From assembly GCA_964187785.1 (NCBI GenBank), contig OZ076409.1, forward strand, positions 23,810,001 to 23,874,000: 64,000 nt of DNA, written 5' to 3'. Origin of the DNA: Amphiscolops sp. MND2022 (Eukaryota). Below the pieces are notes generated by a model that was given only the letters and a program-made list of their open reading frames with translations, was not told where the DNA came from and made no database searches. Positions 17,578-32,400 of the stretch are shown one piece after another (within the stretch, counting starts at the first letter, position 1; every line of letters starts with the position of its first letter). Position numbers and translations under genes: made by a program.

Positions 17578-19601
17578 TTACAAACTGGAGCAATATGTTC
17601 TTCCTATTTTGTTTTTGGTTTTAATTGTTGCAAACAGTTAAGTGTCGTATCGTATTATAATACCTTCTTTCGCCTGATTTATTTTATCACTGGGTTTATG
17701 CGCTTTCGCATTTTTTCTAGGGCTACAATTGTTTTTTGATATGTCTTGAAAAATGACTTTTCACCATTTGATAACCCTGGCTGCGTCTTGTTTTTGATGA
17801 CGATGTCATGATGTCGAATCCGAGTCTCTCGATAAATTTAACATCAAATGTCAACTCTTCTAAGATTCTCAAATTGAACTAAAGGAATTAAGCGCCTACT
17901 TTTTCGTTGGAAATAGTTCAGTTCTGAGTACTCACCCAGACCTGAATTGATAAAACTTGGATATGATTGTATGCTTGAACCAGTGGCTTGACCTCTAAGC
18001 GTAATTCAGCTATCGCTACCGTTAATGATCAAAAGCGGCAGCTAGCTGTAACTGAATATCAAAATGGACAGCTAAATTTCCATTTATCTTTTTCGTCTGA
18101 AAATTTTCTGATGGTTTGGAAGAAAATGAAGCGTTCGCAGTTCAGTTTTTTGCCCGATTTCTTTGCCGTACTTCCAAGATTTTTCTTCTTACTTACCTAG
18201 TACTTTTAATTAGAATAGAAATGATAAACGTTGACTGCTGTTTCAAAAACAGGTTACCTTTATCAGCTGCAGACGTTGTCTTGGAGAAATGTTTCGAAAA
18301 GTTTCCGGATTCGACATGACACGTTCTCGTCTATTTGTAGTAGCTGGCATCAGTTTCTAATTGCAACATTCTTGCATGACGTCACGTGAGAACATCTCTT
18401 GTTACTGAGACTGGCCAGACTACAAATTAGATGACAGTGTCTGACTGACATCAATCTTTCTTGAAAAAAAAATATTTTAGATGAATGTTTTATATGCACA
18501 AAGTAAATTGAACACATTTGATTTAGTCTTCCAAGATTGAAAAAATACTGAGAAAAAACACTGAAGAAAAAAACTAAACTGAAAAGAAAAGGTCAAAAGA
18601 CACAAAACTTTCAAAAGACAAGAAGAAACAGAAAAGCCAAAGTAAAGTTAATTGAAAATTTTCTCTAGTGATTTGTTTTTTATCCGAGTTAGCAGAAAGA
18701 TTTCATAATATTTTCAATGAAAGCGAGTTGAAATGAGTCCAGCAGTAGAGAATTTCGTATTGCAAGTGTTTTTCCCATTGTAACGCACGCCTTATATTCC
18801 GCAATATGCCAAATTAGGATGTCTAACCATTGGCGGTGGGAGGGGGGTAGTTCCTTCACTTTCCTTAATTCACAAATTTTGCCCACACTTAAACCATTGT
18901 CGACAACTTTAGCGACATTTGAGTTTCTGGAACTATAGACGATAGAAAATCAGTGGAGAAGAGCTCATGGAATAACTCAGTTCATTCTCTCTCAATGCTC
19001 CATGCTTTTGATAATGATAGAATATAACGCCTGACAGTGATGTCCACTTGAATGAAAATTCATTATTTTACCAAAAACTCAGTAATTTTTGACCAATTCG
19101 CACCATTTTTTTCACGCTTAAAGTATCCGATTACGCCCATGGTAGAGTGATTTAAAAATCGAAAAGGTGAAGAAACATGGAGAATAAGTAGATGATACTT
19201 CTTGAGGAAATTCCGATATTGAAGTCACCTAATTTATGCCTTGGGATCATTTTTGTCATGGATTTTTGTCATGAAGTATTCTAAAGGCATCGCTTGCTTG
19301 AACAGTTAATCACATGGCGCGCACATGAATACCCGCCCACAGAATTTGTACGTCATATTTAATCGACGTTTCAACATTCAGTTATGAAAAAGCTTTTTGC
19401 AAAAACATCTAAATTTTACCGCTCGACATATGGGATGTTTATCGTAAGTGAATTCAAAATATCAGTGGGTTTGCTGAAGTTTAATGAAACCTGAATGATG
19501 GATTTATATCCGCGTGTATAAATTATTAAAATGCCAGAAGGCACCCTCTTATATATACCTTCAACTTATTAGCTTGACAATTTTATAACTCTAATAATTA
19601 A

Positions 19602-19825
19602 AACTAGCCTAGAACGGCCCAAGTCGGCGCCATATCTAAGGCTCAAAATAGCAAAAGGACTTCAGAGTGTCTCAAGTATTATCCTCTACAGGACCCGAAA
19701 AGCCCAAGTTGGACCGAATTGGCGCGCCCTTTCATCCATTCTGTTGCAAAATATCAAAAAAAATTAAAAGGGGATCCTTCGCAGGCATCAAAAAGTTTTC
19801 CAAAAAAGTCTCACAAAGCCGAAAC
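19602..19825 (-). mobile_element. HINE-like family A fragment
   Basis: AACTAGCCTAGAACGGCCCAAGTCGGCGCCATATCTAAGGCTCAAAATAGC end, shared with other copies. Confidence 0.65.
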
Positions 19826-20054
19826 AAGGTAGAAAAGTGTACCCGGGGGTTACGCTTTACACGGTTTCAGTATCACTTGTTGAATAAAAATTTTTCGAAA
19901 ATCCAAAAAAAGTCATAACCTCTATATTGCGTACTTGCCCCGAACCCGTAGCAATACCGAAAAAACTTTCCACATGTCAATTCATTATTCAGAATTAAAG
20001 AATTCCATTATACTGCTTTGTGAAACAGACTCAGTAGCGTTAAGAGCAATTGTT

Positions 20055-21240
20055 TCAACAAGTTTCTCTGAGATCAAGCTGGTTTTCTTGATTTGTCCCC
20101 TGGAAGTATAATCGCAATGTTTCGCTTGCTTTAAAGGCTTTTCTGGTAGGGACAATGGCTATGATTTCCTTCAGTTCTTGTTCTTCTATGTTCATTTCAT
20201 TAGAATGACTTGATTTCACAACAAATGTCGCTTCATCATCATCTTCACGGTTACTCTCAACGGAAATCATGGGTTCTGACGTTGGCTCCAAGTCGTCGTC
20301 ATATGAACCCTGAACATCAATTTCAATTACTTCTTCATTAAGAGGTTCTGTGACATCCATAGCGAATCCAGCTTTCTTGAACAGTTAACAATGGTTGAAC
20401 TCGAAACATTTTCCCACGATTTTTCAATTAGTGACACAGCATCAAGTACAGTAAGAGTAATGGACTCTACATCACAATTTAGCGCCTGTATTTGCCTTCG
20501 CTGAACACCAGTTTTATAGTTTTGTTTCAGTGCGCTAATAACTCCCATGTCCATTGACTGGCATTTAGCAACACCATTTGGTGGGAAAAAGTTGATTCCA
20601 ATAAAGTTGTTAAGTTTGCGCGGAACAGTTATCAACAAACAACAGAACTTTTTTTCTGACAAAAATTTCTCATTAAGTTTTTGAAGAATTTTATCAAATG
20701 TACCTGCATCCATCCATGCCTTGGTATTTTGATTATAGTAATCGTTGGGCTACGCAAACCAGTCTTCAACAATACCTGAATCTACCTCTCCTCTTTGGCC
20801 ATGTATTTTTTTTGAAATGGTTGTTTTATCGATTTCTGAATTTCCTCAAATATCCAAAAATCTTTTCTTGAAGAGCCGACTGAAAACTGGATAAGACCAA
20901 AAAGTCCCTATGCGTTTTTGGAAATAGACAAGTTTTCGAGAAAATTCTCAACAAAAGGCATCGTTTCATTTTTCAGTTTGGAAAGCCTGTTTTCGGCACT
21001 GAGTTTTTCAGATTTTTTAAAAAAATTCCCGGGCTCATTCAAAAAGTTCGAACTACAGCGGCGTCGATGTGGGTTGCCGTGTTGTCTGTTTATACTAACT
21101 GCTTTGGAATTCGTATCGCTAGGGACCGAATGAAACATTACGAATAAGGAGAAATTCGAATTAACCGCATGATATTATTTATCTCTTGGTTTCAGATATA
21201 TCCCATTTAAACGAAGATCAGAATTGACCGGAGTTTACTG
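20055..21240 (-). pseudogene. pogo/Tigger (DDE_1) transposase relic
   Basis: KAWMD, FFPPN...CQSMDMGVISALKQNY, LDAV..I..SWENVS..TIVNC in frameshifted ORFs 20327-20713 and 20055-20360; candidate TIR end GGAGTTTACTG-TA at 21240; other TIR not found. Confidence 0.72.
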
Positions 21241-22343
21241 TAATTTTCAACAGTACTTTGCAAGTTGCAATACTCAAAAATCTTCAAAACTACTATTTCT
21301 TAATTCCCAAGAATTTTTTCTGGAAATTTGCCAAGGAAATATTTGAAGGCACATGTTTCCATCATTAATATGGACCGTCAATTTTTTAAAATTCAGTTTT
21401 GAGTTTTTTGTGGCCTGGTATCTCGGACTGCTTAGAAATGGTTATTATTTTCCGCCCATATTTCATATGGGAAAGGAAAATATTTAAATCAAACGGGTTT
21501 TTTTTTTTTTTTTTTTTTACAAAATTTGCCAAGATTTTATTTATATTTAAATTTAAGGGTGTTACCCATAGAATTCAACCCACATAAATTTAGCTTCGTG
21601 CGATATGTATTTGTAGAGATTTTTGAAGTTTTTTTAAAAAATGACGAAAATGACGAAAATGACCCCTTAATGACAAAATGACCCCGAAAATGACAAAAAT
21701 TCCCAAATTTCTCATTTTTAAACATTTTTATGCAATTTTTGCCATTTTTTGAGACACCGCGAATTAGAAAAATGGACAAGATGAATCGAAGCTTTCTTTT
21801 CTTCGAACTTCTCAGCGTTTTTATAGTGCATTAGTTATTCTTGAGCCTCAAATTTATGTAGTTGTAGAACAGTTCGGGGCGGAAAATATCCCGCTCCTCA
21901 GCGGGCGTCTTGTTTTCAAAATAAAATGGACAGTTTCTGGAATGGAGGCCAACATTAAATTTTCTGTCGCTAGCTGGGATATCATTAAAACACTGGAAGC
22001 CTACTTCTCTGTTAGAAGTAGCATTCTTCCAGAATTTCTTTGAATAAACAAATGAACTTCGATTGCATAAAGAAGTGTTATTTCAACACTTCGGTAATAC
22101 TTGATCGAATGGGTGATGAAAGTTTTTGAAAGATACTGTAGACTGCCGGAGTATTATACATGTTATACGTATTTACATTGAGTTTTGAAAATTATCAAAA
22201 GCCGTTTTCGACGAGTTTTGATAGGAACCGTTTTGACCATTTCAGATGAGAATGGTTTCTGGGTTTGTTACTAAACTTGTGACGTGAACTCGGCATTAGC
22301 TGCAATGGAAACTGAAATCTTGCCGTAAATCGCTCACAGAACC

Positions 22344-24448
22344 ATGGCCCCGCCGGAGTCTCCTGGTTCAAATGCTAGCAAGAGTAGAAACAAGTCTAAA
22401 GGCGGCATGAACAACGATAAGACACCTAAGAGATCCGTTCCCACAAGTCTGAAAGTGTCGAACCTGCTGAAGAAGCACTGCAAACAGGTGAAAACAGACG
22501 CGTATTCGGGAATCTCATCTAAAGATGTGCACGTGATCAACGGAGTTGGTCTAATTGCAGCCAAGTGCAATCAGTACCTGGTCGTACAGTCTTCGCTCTC
22601 GCCCAATCTGAGCGACATCTTGAAAAACGATTTAGTATTGCCCTATCTCATACAATATTTACAAGTTAGCAAGTCTTTTGTGCTTCTTCTGAATACCACT
22701 TTGTTGGTGTTTTGTGGGCGAATTCTTTGTCTATTGCTCTGATTTAGATTCTCTGTACTCATGATTGAGAATATAGACGTTCAATCTTTTCAAGACTCGT
22801 TCTTGCTTTTGAAATTTTGTTTTTGATTCGCAGCTGAGGTTTCAAAATCAAAACACAGTTCCAAATTTCAAAATATTCTTCGGAGGTCACATTTTCACAT
22901 AAAAATTCGTTGCAGAAAATATATGTGAGTATAAGTTTCTTTCCGTTGCAGGAAAAAGGCAAAGCGCAGTTAGTTTACTTTTGGTTGGCGGCTGAAACAT
23001 TTCGACTGGCTGACCAGACACAAACAGGACCCAGTGACGATTCATGTATTTTGACCAGCGACAAAAGTGCTGTAGAAGAATCTGCCACTGCAGTAGTTGA
23101 CCCCGACCAGTCGAATCTTGACCTCAAAGATGATGACTTGCTTGACCTCGTGGACAAAGATGAGAATCCTTTCAACAAGGAGGCTGAGCTGTTTGACGAG
23201 ATCTCTGACGAGGAGAACCTGGAGGCGGACTTTGGAAATTTTCAGCTATCTTCCGACCGTAACTCAGTTTCAATGTTGCCTGACTTCCGAGCAAGTATAT
23301 CATCGGAAAGTGGCGCCGTTCTCTCTGAGTGCCAAATATCTCGTGCCGAGTTCTTGAAGCAGAATGCTGTCAATATATTCACTAGATACATTTGCAAAGA
23401 CTCGGCCCAACCTGTAGACGTGCCAGAAAAGGTCAGGGCCGAGACCCTGGAAAAGATTTGCTGCACTGACGGTGTTGACTCCACGTGCTTTTCAAGTGCA
23501 CAAACATTTGTTTATTCTATTCTTCTTAATAGTTACTACGAACGTTTTCTATCCAGCTCTTACTTTGTTAGTTACCAACTTGACCGAGTCACTTGTAGAA
23601 ACTTGACCTTAGCCGATGTTCTCTATTCCGATATTACTATTTCTCATTTCATGGAATTCATCGAAGCTGCTTCGTTAACTAACCTCTTTAAATGTTTCTT
23701 ATCCATTCAAAACTTCAAGTTAAATTATGAGCCCAAGTCCTCGAGTTCTGACACCTCTATTATTTTCAACCAATTCTTCAACTTGGAGTCTCCTCAGTTT
23801 CTAATGTTTCCTGAAAAGTTGATTAACAACATCGAGCTTTCTCTGGTCAATGCCAAAAAACGCTACCTTGCATCATCTGAAAGCAGTTCAGGTCCTAGTT
23901 ACATAATCGTGGGCGCTGACGTGTTTGACATTCCTTTCTTCATTCTGGGCAATGCCCTGAAGTTTGACATTTTCCCGCATTTTTTGAGAAGCCGCTTCTA
24001 CCGCCAACTGAAGCGGGAGCTGGAATTATCCTACTTCACTTTACAAAATCAGAGCGGCGCTGCCTGCAAAGGTGGTCAGAGTGAAAGTTTCTCATCTGAA
24101 TGTCAGACGTTGTTGCAGGATAAGGAAAGATTGGATTACGTCCCTCCGCCCATTCTGAGGGAAATTCCGGGAGAGAGCAAGGAAGATGAACGTGGGGGTG
24201 TAACTGCTTTAGGGCATGTTAATGCCATCGGAGAGTATGTGCCGCAATACGAATCACTTCCTGACAAGAAACCGGAGAGAGTGTCAGTCAAGTCTAAAAT
24301 TAAGAATTTACTTTCAAGGAAGGAAAATTCAGAAGTAGAGTATGAAGCATGGGTTACTGCGCATAAAATTGTGAACGATGTCAACAGAGAAACTCTGTAC
24401 AACGCATCCGGTGCTGTCAAGAGGTCACAATCTCCGTCCGAAATATGA
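22344..24448 (+). CDS. AKAP10: A-kinase anchor protein 10 (D-AKAP2), RGS domains; exons 22344-22664 and 22952-24448 (~605 aa)
   Basis: In-frame phase-0 GT-AG intron; LVLPYLIQYLQ/EKGKAQLVYFWLAAETF RGS start, second RGS (LADVLYSD..ISHFMEF), LGHVNAIGEY, and PKA-binding-like helix EAWVTAHKIVNDV. Confidence 0.85.
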
Positions 24449-26407
24449 ACAGAACTTAACCTTAGCCGATGTTCTCTATTCCGATATTACTGTTTCTCAT
24501 TTCAGGAGGATATAAAAAACTCGAATCAATCGTCACATTACAGTCATGGCCATCTTGTCACAATTCGTGCAATAGACTGCGAGAATTTTGTTTCAAAAAC
24601 TTCTCATTCAAACTCATTTCTGTAATTTTGTTATCTATGTACGTTCCCGAACGTAAAAACGAATCACTGATATTTCAGTTGTGCTTGGAGTACTGAAAGC
24701 AATTTGATTTGAGCTGAATATTCATCTAAAAATAAAAAATAGTTCGCAAATTTTCATCGGCAAAACGATTTTTTGAAGTTAACTGAAATTCCGCTCCAAA
24801 TTACAAATGCTTACACATCTTAATGAATAAATCTCCATTTGTCTATATTAATTTGTGCATTGAAATCAATTCTCATTTAATGTGTGTATATCTTGAAGTA
24901 TATATACTGACACCGCAGAAATTCGCTGCCACATTTCATGCGGAAATTCTTCACGCCATTTTACGCTAATCTACTAAAAATGTATTTGGAATCGAATGTC
25001 AGTTTCGTGAAATGATTCCAAGAATGAAAACATTTCTTGAACCAATTTTCTTTCACTGCAATACGCGAAAACCGGGTTTTAAACGAATTTTTTTTCCAGA
25101 TAGCGTGTCCCATTTTTTCGCATTTTTAAAACTGCCTTAGACTGAAACACGACTAAGAAGCGTAGTTCAATACATCACTTCCAGAATGACCAGTTTCAAG
25201 GAGAATTGTTCTTGAGTTTTTTTGCTCGCTAATTTCTGCGGCTAAGGTGCCATACCTTTCAAATACAGTTATTTAGTTACATGTTGAGGAGCCCTGGTGG
25301 CTTCCTTGAATCAAGCAACAAACGCGCAATTGGGTATTAATCTGTAAATAATATTACCAGTAGACTAGTTTCCTGATATACAATGAACTGCCCGATAGTT
25401 ATAGTTTTCAATAATCAAATCATCTTCCCTTTAAATTGAAAATAAAATTTTTTATGAAGTGTCAGTGCTTCGTGTTCTGTTGATAGCCTTCCAGATCCGG
25501 ACAGAATTTTTTGCCGCCTTCCAGGGAGACGCATTTATAATCGGTTGTTTGTTAACAAAAAAGAGTTGAGATTATAATGGCTTTTCGTGGGGTTTTTCAA
25601 TCCACGCAAAGACCAAAATTGTTTGCAAAGACTTATACTTTTTAATATTCCATCGTAATGGAATTTCATTCAAAAACTAAAGTATTATTGAGTGAATGCA
25701 AAAGGTTCATTGCTATTATCACTTACTAGGAGTATTCAAGTGCAGAGGTTAATTCATTCTCCTTCAGTTAACTAACGAAACTCATAGCGCAAAATTTACG
25801 AAAGTTTTTTTGTAAAATTAAAATTAGCATTGTTCCGAAAAACTGTGCGCTTGAAATATATACTCCCAGAAATTTTAAACACAAAAAATTGATATGGAAA
25901 TCATTTATATACTTTTTGAAATTGATATAGTATTTTTTTGCAGAAAAAGGACCAAAGCTGAAGTGATAGTTGAAGAAATTTGACTGAAATGGATGCGACC
26001 AATTCATTTTCTACTTACCGAAATATTACTGAGCCCTATTCTAAATTGGCCTATTTCAAAAAACGCGTTTTTTTTTGATTTTAATGAATTCTGGTTCTAA
26101 CATACGAAGTGAACTTACCTCATTCGACGTGAAAATGCTCCAATTATTAATTTCCTTGAAAAAATTGGAAGTCGATGTCCGGAAAATTCTTTTCAACACA
26201 GTAGAAAAAAAACAAAACAAGCATTTTAGTGGTTGCATTTCTGGGAGCGCGCCCTTGCAGTCAGATATGACAGCGATTGTTGCAAGTCAATTTTTGGAGT
26301 AATTTGAAAAATTTTGAGTTTTCAGAAATGTGATGTTTTGTGGTCTCCGCTGCGTGGAGGGTTATTTGCGGGGATTTGGGGTTGTTTATACGTGCTGTTA
26401 AGTGTAA

Positions 26408-29400
26408 ATGGAGGTGATTTTGCTCTCTGACCACCAGGGGGAGAAACTAGTTAGTGTGAATGGGCACCTGTACGTACATCACTCGACCTCGGGACAGGCT
26501 ATTGTGTGGAGATGCAAGGAGAGGGCCTCCAAGGGATGCCCTGCCAGACTGCGCACTTCTGTGCAGCTGACCAATCCTGTTACTGTCAATTCACACACAC
26601 ACGACCCCAATGAAGTTGATACTGCTGCCATCTTGAGGGTAAGTTTTGTAAACATGTTCAACTATCAACAAGTCGTGAACGGCCCAAATCGTCGCGCCCC
26701 GCTCAAGGTTCAAAACAGTAAAGTTTTTTGAATATGCAAAAAGACACTCTTGTTATAATTTTATCAATTTTACAGTGCCGAAAACTTCCCGAAAGGATTC
26801 GCAAGACTCGAAAACCACTTTTTCCCCGACTGGAAACAAAAAACAAACATTTTTTGAAAGATATTTTTTGAAAACTTTTTTCGGAAAAGTCTCAGTGCCG
26901 AAAAGAAGCTTTGAGCTCGCAAAACGCTTTTTTGCAGCCGAAAACATTCATTATTATTTCTGCTATAGCAGGAATAATATTGAAATCTGAATTATTGAAC
27001 TTTTTTCAGTTCAATTTCTGTCGTGATTACGAGTACCTACTGAAAAATTCAGGTATTTTGTTCGGCAGTGACTATAAGCGTGAGAATTAAATTTCTCTAG
27101 CTGCCGACAAAAATTTGTTTCTCGTGCGATGGAACGAGCGAGTGGTAATTATGCTTTCGTACGCCGAGTTATTGAGATAAAGCGAATGAGTGTTAAGTAT
27201 TCGTTCGCCGAGAGCTTCGCCTGCATTCAAATGCGAATGCGAAACTTCGTCTACGCTTAGTAGTCATATTTTATTTAGTCCGAGAAGAATTAAGGGCGGT
27301 GTAAACTTGTAGAGTGATTAATTGTGCGCTATATAAATGATTAAGATATGCTTCTATGATTGAACATGAAAGCCTAAAAGCAGAAATAATAATTTGCCCC
27401 GCAGGGGGCTATTTTTTCCAATTTGTTTTAACGAAGCCCTCGATTTTTACCAGAAACGAAACGTTGCGCGAGCATAGAGGACTCCATAGGGTTTTCGGCG
27501 CTATGTGACTTACGGGACATTTTTGGGGAAAAATTGAAACTAAATTTTTTCCCTCAATTTTCCGTTTTTTGAAAGCCTCCTGTTGGGAAGTGGTTTTCGA
27601 GTCTTATGCGTATACCTTGGTGTTTTTAGCACTGTAAAATAGATGAAATTTAAACAAAAGTGTTCCTTTGCATATTCAAAAAACCGTACTTTTTTGAACC
27701 TTGAGCTGGGCACTATTTAAAAAATTTTATCTAATTTAAAGTGCCGAAAAATAGCCGAAGGGAAGCCCATAAGACTCGAAAACCCTTTTTTCCACACTGG
27801 AAATCACAAAAAAGTAATGTTTTGATAAAAATTCGGGTTTTTCCTTTTTCCCATTACATCCGCAAAACGCTTTTTCCAAGCCAAATTTTCTTTTAAAACG
27901 TGTAGGGGGCACCATCTTACATAAAGAACTGTTACGAAAAAAAAGTCGCACTGCTGAAAAAAGCCGTAGGCCTTTTGCACAGTTCGGATATAGCGCAATT
28001 TTTTCGAACCGCGTTTCATATTTAGTAAAACAAAATATATTCCGGATAGAACATCGAATATAGCGCAATATTTCCGGACCTCGACCACCCTTCAATGAAA
28101 CACATTTTACTTCGAATATAACGTCAGAAAGTCTGATAAAACGTGCTGGGTCACTGAGAAAACCTATTGTCTTCAATACCTATTCAATTGATGATCGGCA
28201 TGATTAAGAGTGGTGGAAATGAATCGTTCAAAACTCTCAAACTTGATTATTGAAAGTCATCATATGATCAGTTTTTTTTTCGCCAAAATTTCCCCAGCTC
28301 TAATTGCATCTGACTTTGAAAACATTGGTTCTCATTACGAGACACATCCCGGTAGCGAACTAGCAGGATCCTGCTAGTTCGACTTTTGTCTAATCAGAGC
28401 GCGATTTTTTTTGGAAGATTTTCACTTGTCACACATTAAACGCATTAATAGGAAGTTACACTAGTTGAAACAGCTTCGTAAATTGACCAGTTTACACCAG
28501 CGGAAATTACAGTAGTTGACTAGTTTACGCCAAATTTCGTTTCTACGCAATTTGACTACCTGTGCATCTCATAAATACAGGTGGTTCTGGCAATTACGGG
28601 TGATTCTGGTAACTACAGAGGTCGATTTATAATTCCACTGTTTGATTTCCCATACACAGGATGAATCGGTCAATCTTTTTACATAAGTAGTACATAATTA
28701 TGAATCACTCTTATTACATTTCTAGGCTCTTTTCTTCTGTTCCCCCCCACCACCAAATTTTTCTGGAGATTTAATGAAAATCTGATAACAAAAAAACTTG
28801 AATACAAACCCAGAAAGCTTCCATTTTAAATTTATTCTCAGGGTGACAGTTTAGAATTGAGATTCAAACTTTGTTCACACGTTTTCTCTATATAGTCACG
28901 CATTTTTTATGAAGAAATCAACAGCTTCCTGTTTTGAGTCATAAAAACACTTAATACGGTAATAATCATAGTCAAAATGTGTGAACAATGTTTTGTTCAA
29001 GCAAAAAAATTGTTCTAATAGATGTTAACTTCCGGTTATGAAAGAAGGTTGTACTTTTAAATAGGCTAGTCTAAAGTTTTTAAGTAAGTTTTTTTTCGAA
29101 AATTTTGGTGGTGGTGGGGTGAGAAAAGAGCCCATTTCTACTCTTTGTTCGTCTTCGGATCCCATATCTGTAGCCTCTGGGATATTCGGAGGTTGTTTCT
29201 TGGACAAAATTTTCATCTGACAATTGTTGTGATATCGCTAAATTTTCATAGCATAAGACTTGATCTTCAAAATTAACTCCCTTGAGGTTCTTCAACAATG
29301 CATTCTCATTAGCTTCGGTATGCTGGATATACGTTACAGATAATACTTTTCAATTGTGGTTTCTGAATTTAAACGCAATGAATATCACTGTTACAGCTTT

Positions 29401-32400
29401 ATGGTTCATGAGCTTCAAGCTCCAAGTTGGGGTGCATTCGTGTTTCCTTCGGATCGGAACATTCTATCAGATTCTGCCCATGTTCAATGTAAGAAGCGCA
29501 TCCCGACGAGGATCCTAATTGTCTCGGTTGTCCCTTTGTTTGACCTTTGACAATTTATGAATTTAAAAAAGAGGCAGTCGAATATGAGAACTTGAATTTG
29601 AGTTTTCGATACCACAAAAACTATGAAATCTTTGCCCTTGTCGTTTAGCTGACTCAGAATTACGTGGGAGGTAAGCAAGAACTCAAAAGTGGGGAAGATG
29701 AGCTGATTTCTTACTCTGCGACGGGGGCTGCTAATATAGAACCCAATACCTTGTCAACCTCTGCATCTGGTGCTACCGCTACCGCCTCTCACACTTTGAC
29801 TGTCTCTGATGACGCCGTGCCGAAATACTTTTCCGACTACAGTATATCCGATAACGAGCTCATTAACTCCGGCTACGTATCAGGTAGATATTTCATCAAA
29901 TGAATATAATGACAGTGATATTCACGATTATACTTCCCAGTTTTTGAAAGTTAACACCTGACGAATTTAATGAAGGGTTGTCGGAGAACAAGTTAGCGGA
30001 GGAAAAACTTGAATCGGTGCCCTCTTGAAAGCTGAGCAGCGTAAGTTATTGAAAGCATTGAGAATAGTTGATGTTGGAATATGGTACCTAATTCGATGCA
30101 TTAGAAAAATTCTGAACTTTTATAGGGCCGACAAACAATAGGCTACATTTAAAATTGAAATTTGACATTGTAATCAGAGGAGCATCTCATATCTGGCGCA
30201 TTTCAAGTTTTGATATCAAGTTTTGTAAATCAGTTTTAAAAACTTCAAGGCTGATCTTGAAATGAGGCTATGATTGTTAAATGTCTGCAGGAGAATACGG
30301 TGGTGCTTTGGACCCTGATTACGAGAACGACTACATTGATCCAAATGACCCTCCTTACGAAGAGGAAGAACATGTACCTGCTAGGAAGAGAACTAGTGAG
30401 GAGCCGAGAAGGAAAAGACGCATAAAGAAAGTCACGGTGGGTCTTTCCAAGCCACAGTCCGCAGATGAGTCAGAGACTTCAAAGCCTCAGGAATTCAGTT
30501 TGCTGTCTGGCTTGTTCGGAGGCGAGACAAAGAAGAAAAGGAAGAAGAAACCGAACACTCTTAAAGGACCAACAAGCAAGGACATGCCTCCCGAGCCCAG
30601 ATATGTGAGCGATATTCGCCTGGAAGGTAATTGAAAGCTCATTATTTGAGTTTTGAGTTTTCCCACTATAATTAGCGATGTGAAGTGCTAGTGTGGATAA
30701 ATTCGAGAATTTTTTAAAAATGACTTCAGTCAAATGTGTTTGAGTAGTCTTCACTGCGGTAGTCATATTGCATCGTATTATTTTGTGTTCCGTGTGGTTT
30801 CCGGACATTACGCCCTACCAATATGGAGAAGATTAAAAATGTCCGAAATACCCCAAACACAGGAGCGACGTATTATTACCTGTCTAGTGCCTGGTTTTGA
30901 CGAAGGCCAATCTGGACGGGCACGAAGCGCCCCGGAAGGAGGAAGACCGAGTCGTACGGTTTTTTCCAAATTATTGGGCGTAATATCTGCTTTGCGAGTA
31001 ATGTCCGCTTTGGGCGTAATGTCCTAGAACCGTTCAGTGTATTATCGAAATTGAAGTGTTGGTAATGAAATGGATTGCTTAGGAATCTGGACGGTGACAG
31101 ATAGCACTAACCCACAGAGGTTTCTGCTGTACGACAACCACGAGGACAATCCCGAACGGAGGGTGGTTCTGTTCATGACGGACGACCACCTTCGCATCCT
31201 CATGACCACCAACCGTGTCCACATGGAGTCTTCCGCCCCTGTGCCTCCGACCATCTTTGCCCAACTCTACTTAATTCAGGTAACACCACATCTTGAAACC
31301 ATTCAAAAACGGGTTTTATAATCCCATTTTTCATAAGTCAATTTTCTTGACTAAATCAAACTTTATTTTCATTTGCTTTAAACGGGTCAACTCTTTCACG
31401 ACAAAGTATGTTCTTGAGTATTCGGAAAAGGGCACAGATTTAAAAAAGCGGAACTGCTTATTCGGCGTGCACTCCCCGGGTAATGGGAAAATTTTTCTTC
31501 TTTCCTGATGAACCTAAAATGTTAATTTTTGTTTCAGGCTTCTTTAGTTGATAGTAACCACATCGTGACTTTGGGCTACGCTTTCATGGGATCTAGACTG
31601 GAACAGTCTTATGTGGAAGTGTTCCAAGCTATCCTCAGCAAAGCCAAAGACCTCAATCTACCTCCTATATCCTTCCAGACAGGAACTGTCTTTTTGGACT
31701 ATGAAAAGCCGGCTATCAACGCCTTGAAGCGAGTTTTTGGAAGTAACATCAGAATTGAAGGTCGCTTCTTCCACTTGAACCGCATTGTGTGGAAGAAGAT
31801 TCAAAATTTAGATTTAGTGGTGGCCTGTCAAGTCTCAGAAGACTTCAAATTATACGTCGCCCAACTTGTGTGTCTCGCCTTTTTGCCTACTGAGGATGTG
31901 CGCCAGGGTTAGTTGCATTTTTTTTTAAACGAAAACGAATTTTAACGAAGTACACCGTGTTACCGTCTCTTCCCCGCTTGGTCCTAACCTTTTTCGATAT
32001 TCATCATCGCTGACTTTCAACTTAATTTGACCGTTTCGTCTTGTGAAAAGTAGCGTGATCGCCGATGGTTTTCTGTTGTAATCATCAGTTGTAAAACTTA
32101 ATCCTTCGACGGTAAAATCTTTAAATCGTATTGAATTTTTACACGATTTTGATTTTTTTTCGAACAATATCTTTCCAATTCGCTGGATTTCCATTTGTAT
32201 AGCTTTTTTCGAAGACAGAATGGTGAAAAGCTGTCAATGCAAGTTATACTGGCACGCATAAAAGTGTGACGTATTTGTTACATAGAAAAGCTTTTTCTAG
32301 AAAGTGGGAAGCTTTGCGGGTGGTTCGTGAATAAATTTCTTCCAATTTAATATCTGCATGTATGTTGTGCAGTGTATGATGGACAAGTTTTGTATCATTT

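Noticed and set aside
29282..29550. Extra exon of the MULE-derived gene
   Set aside because: No phase-compatible splice pair or homology recognised; not needed for the frame.
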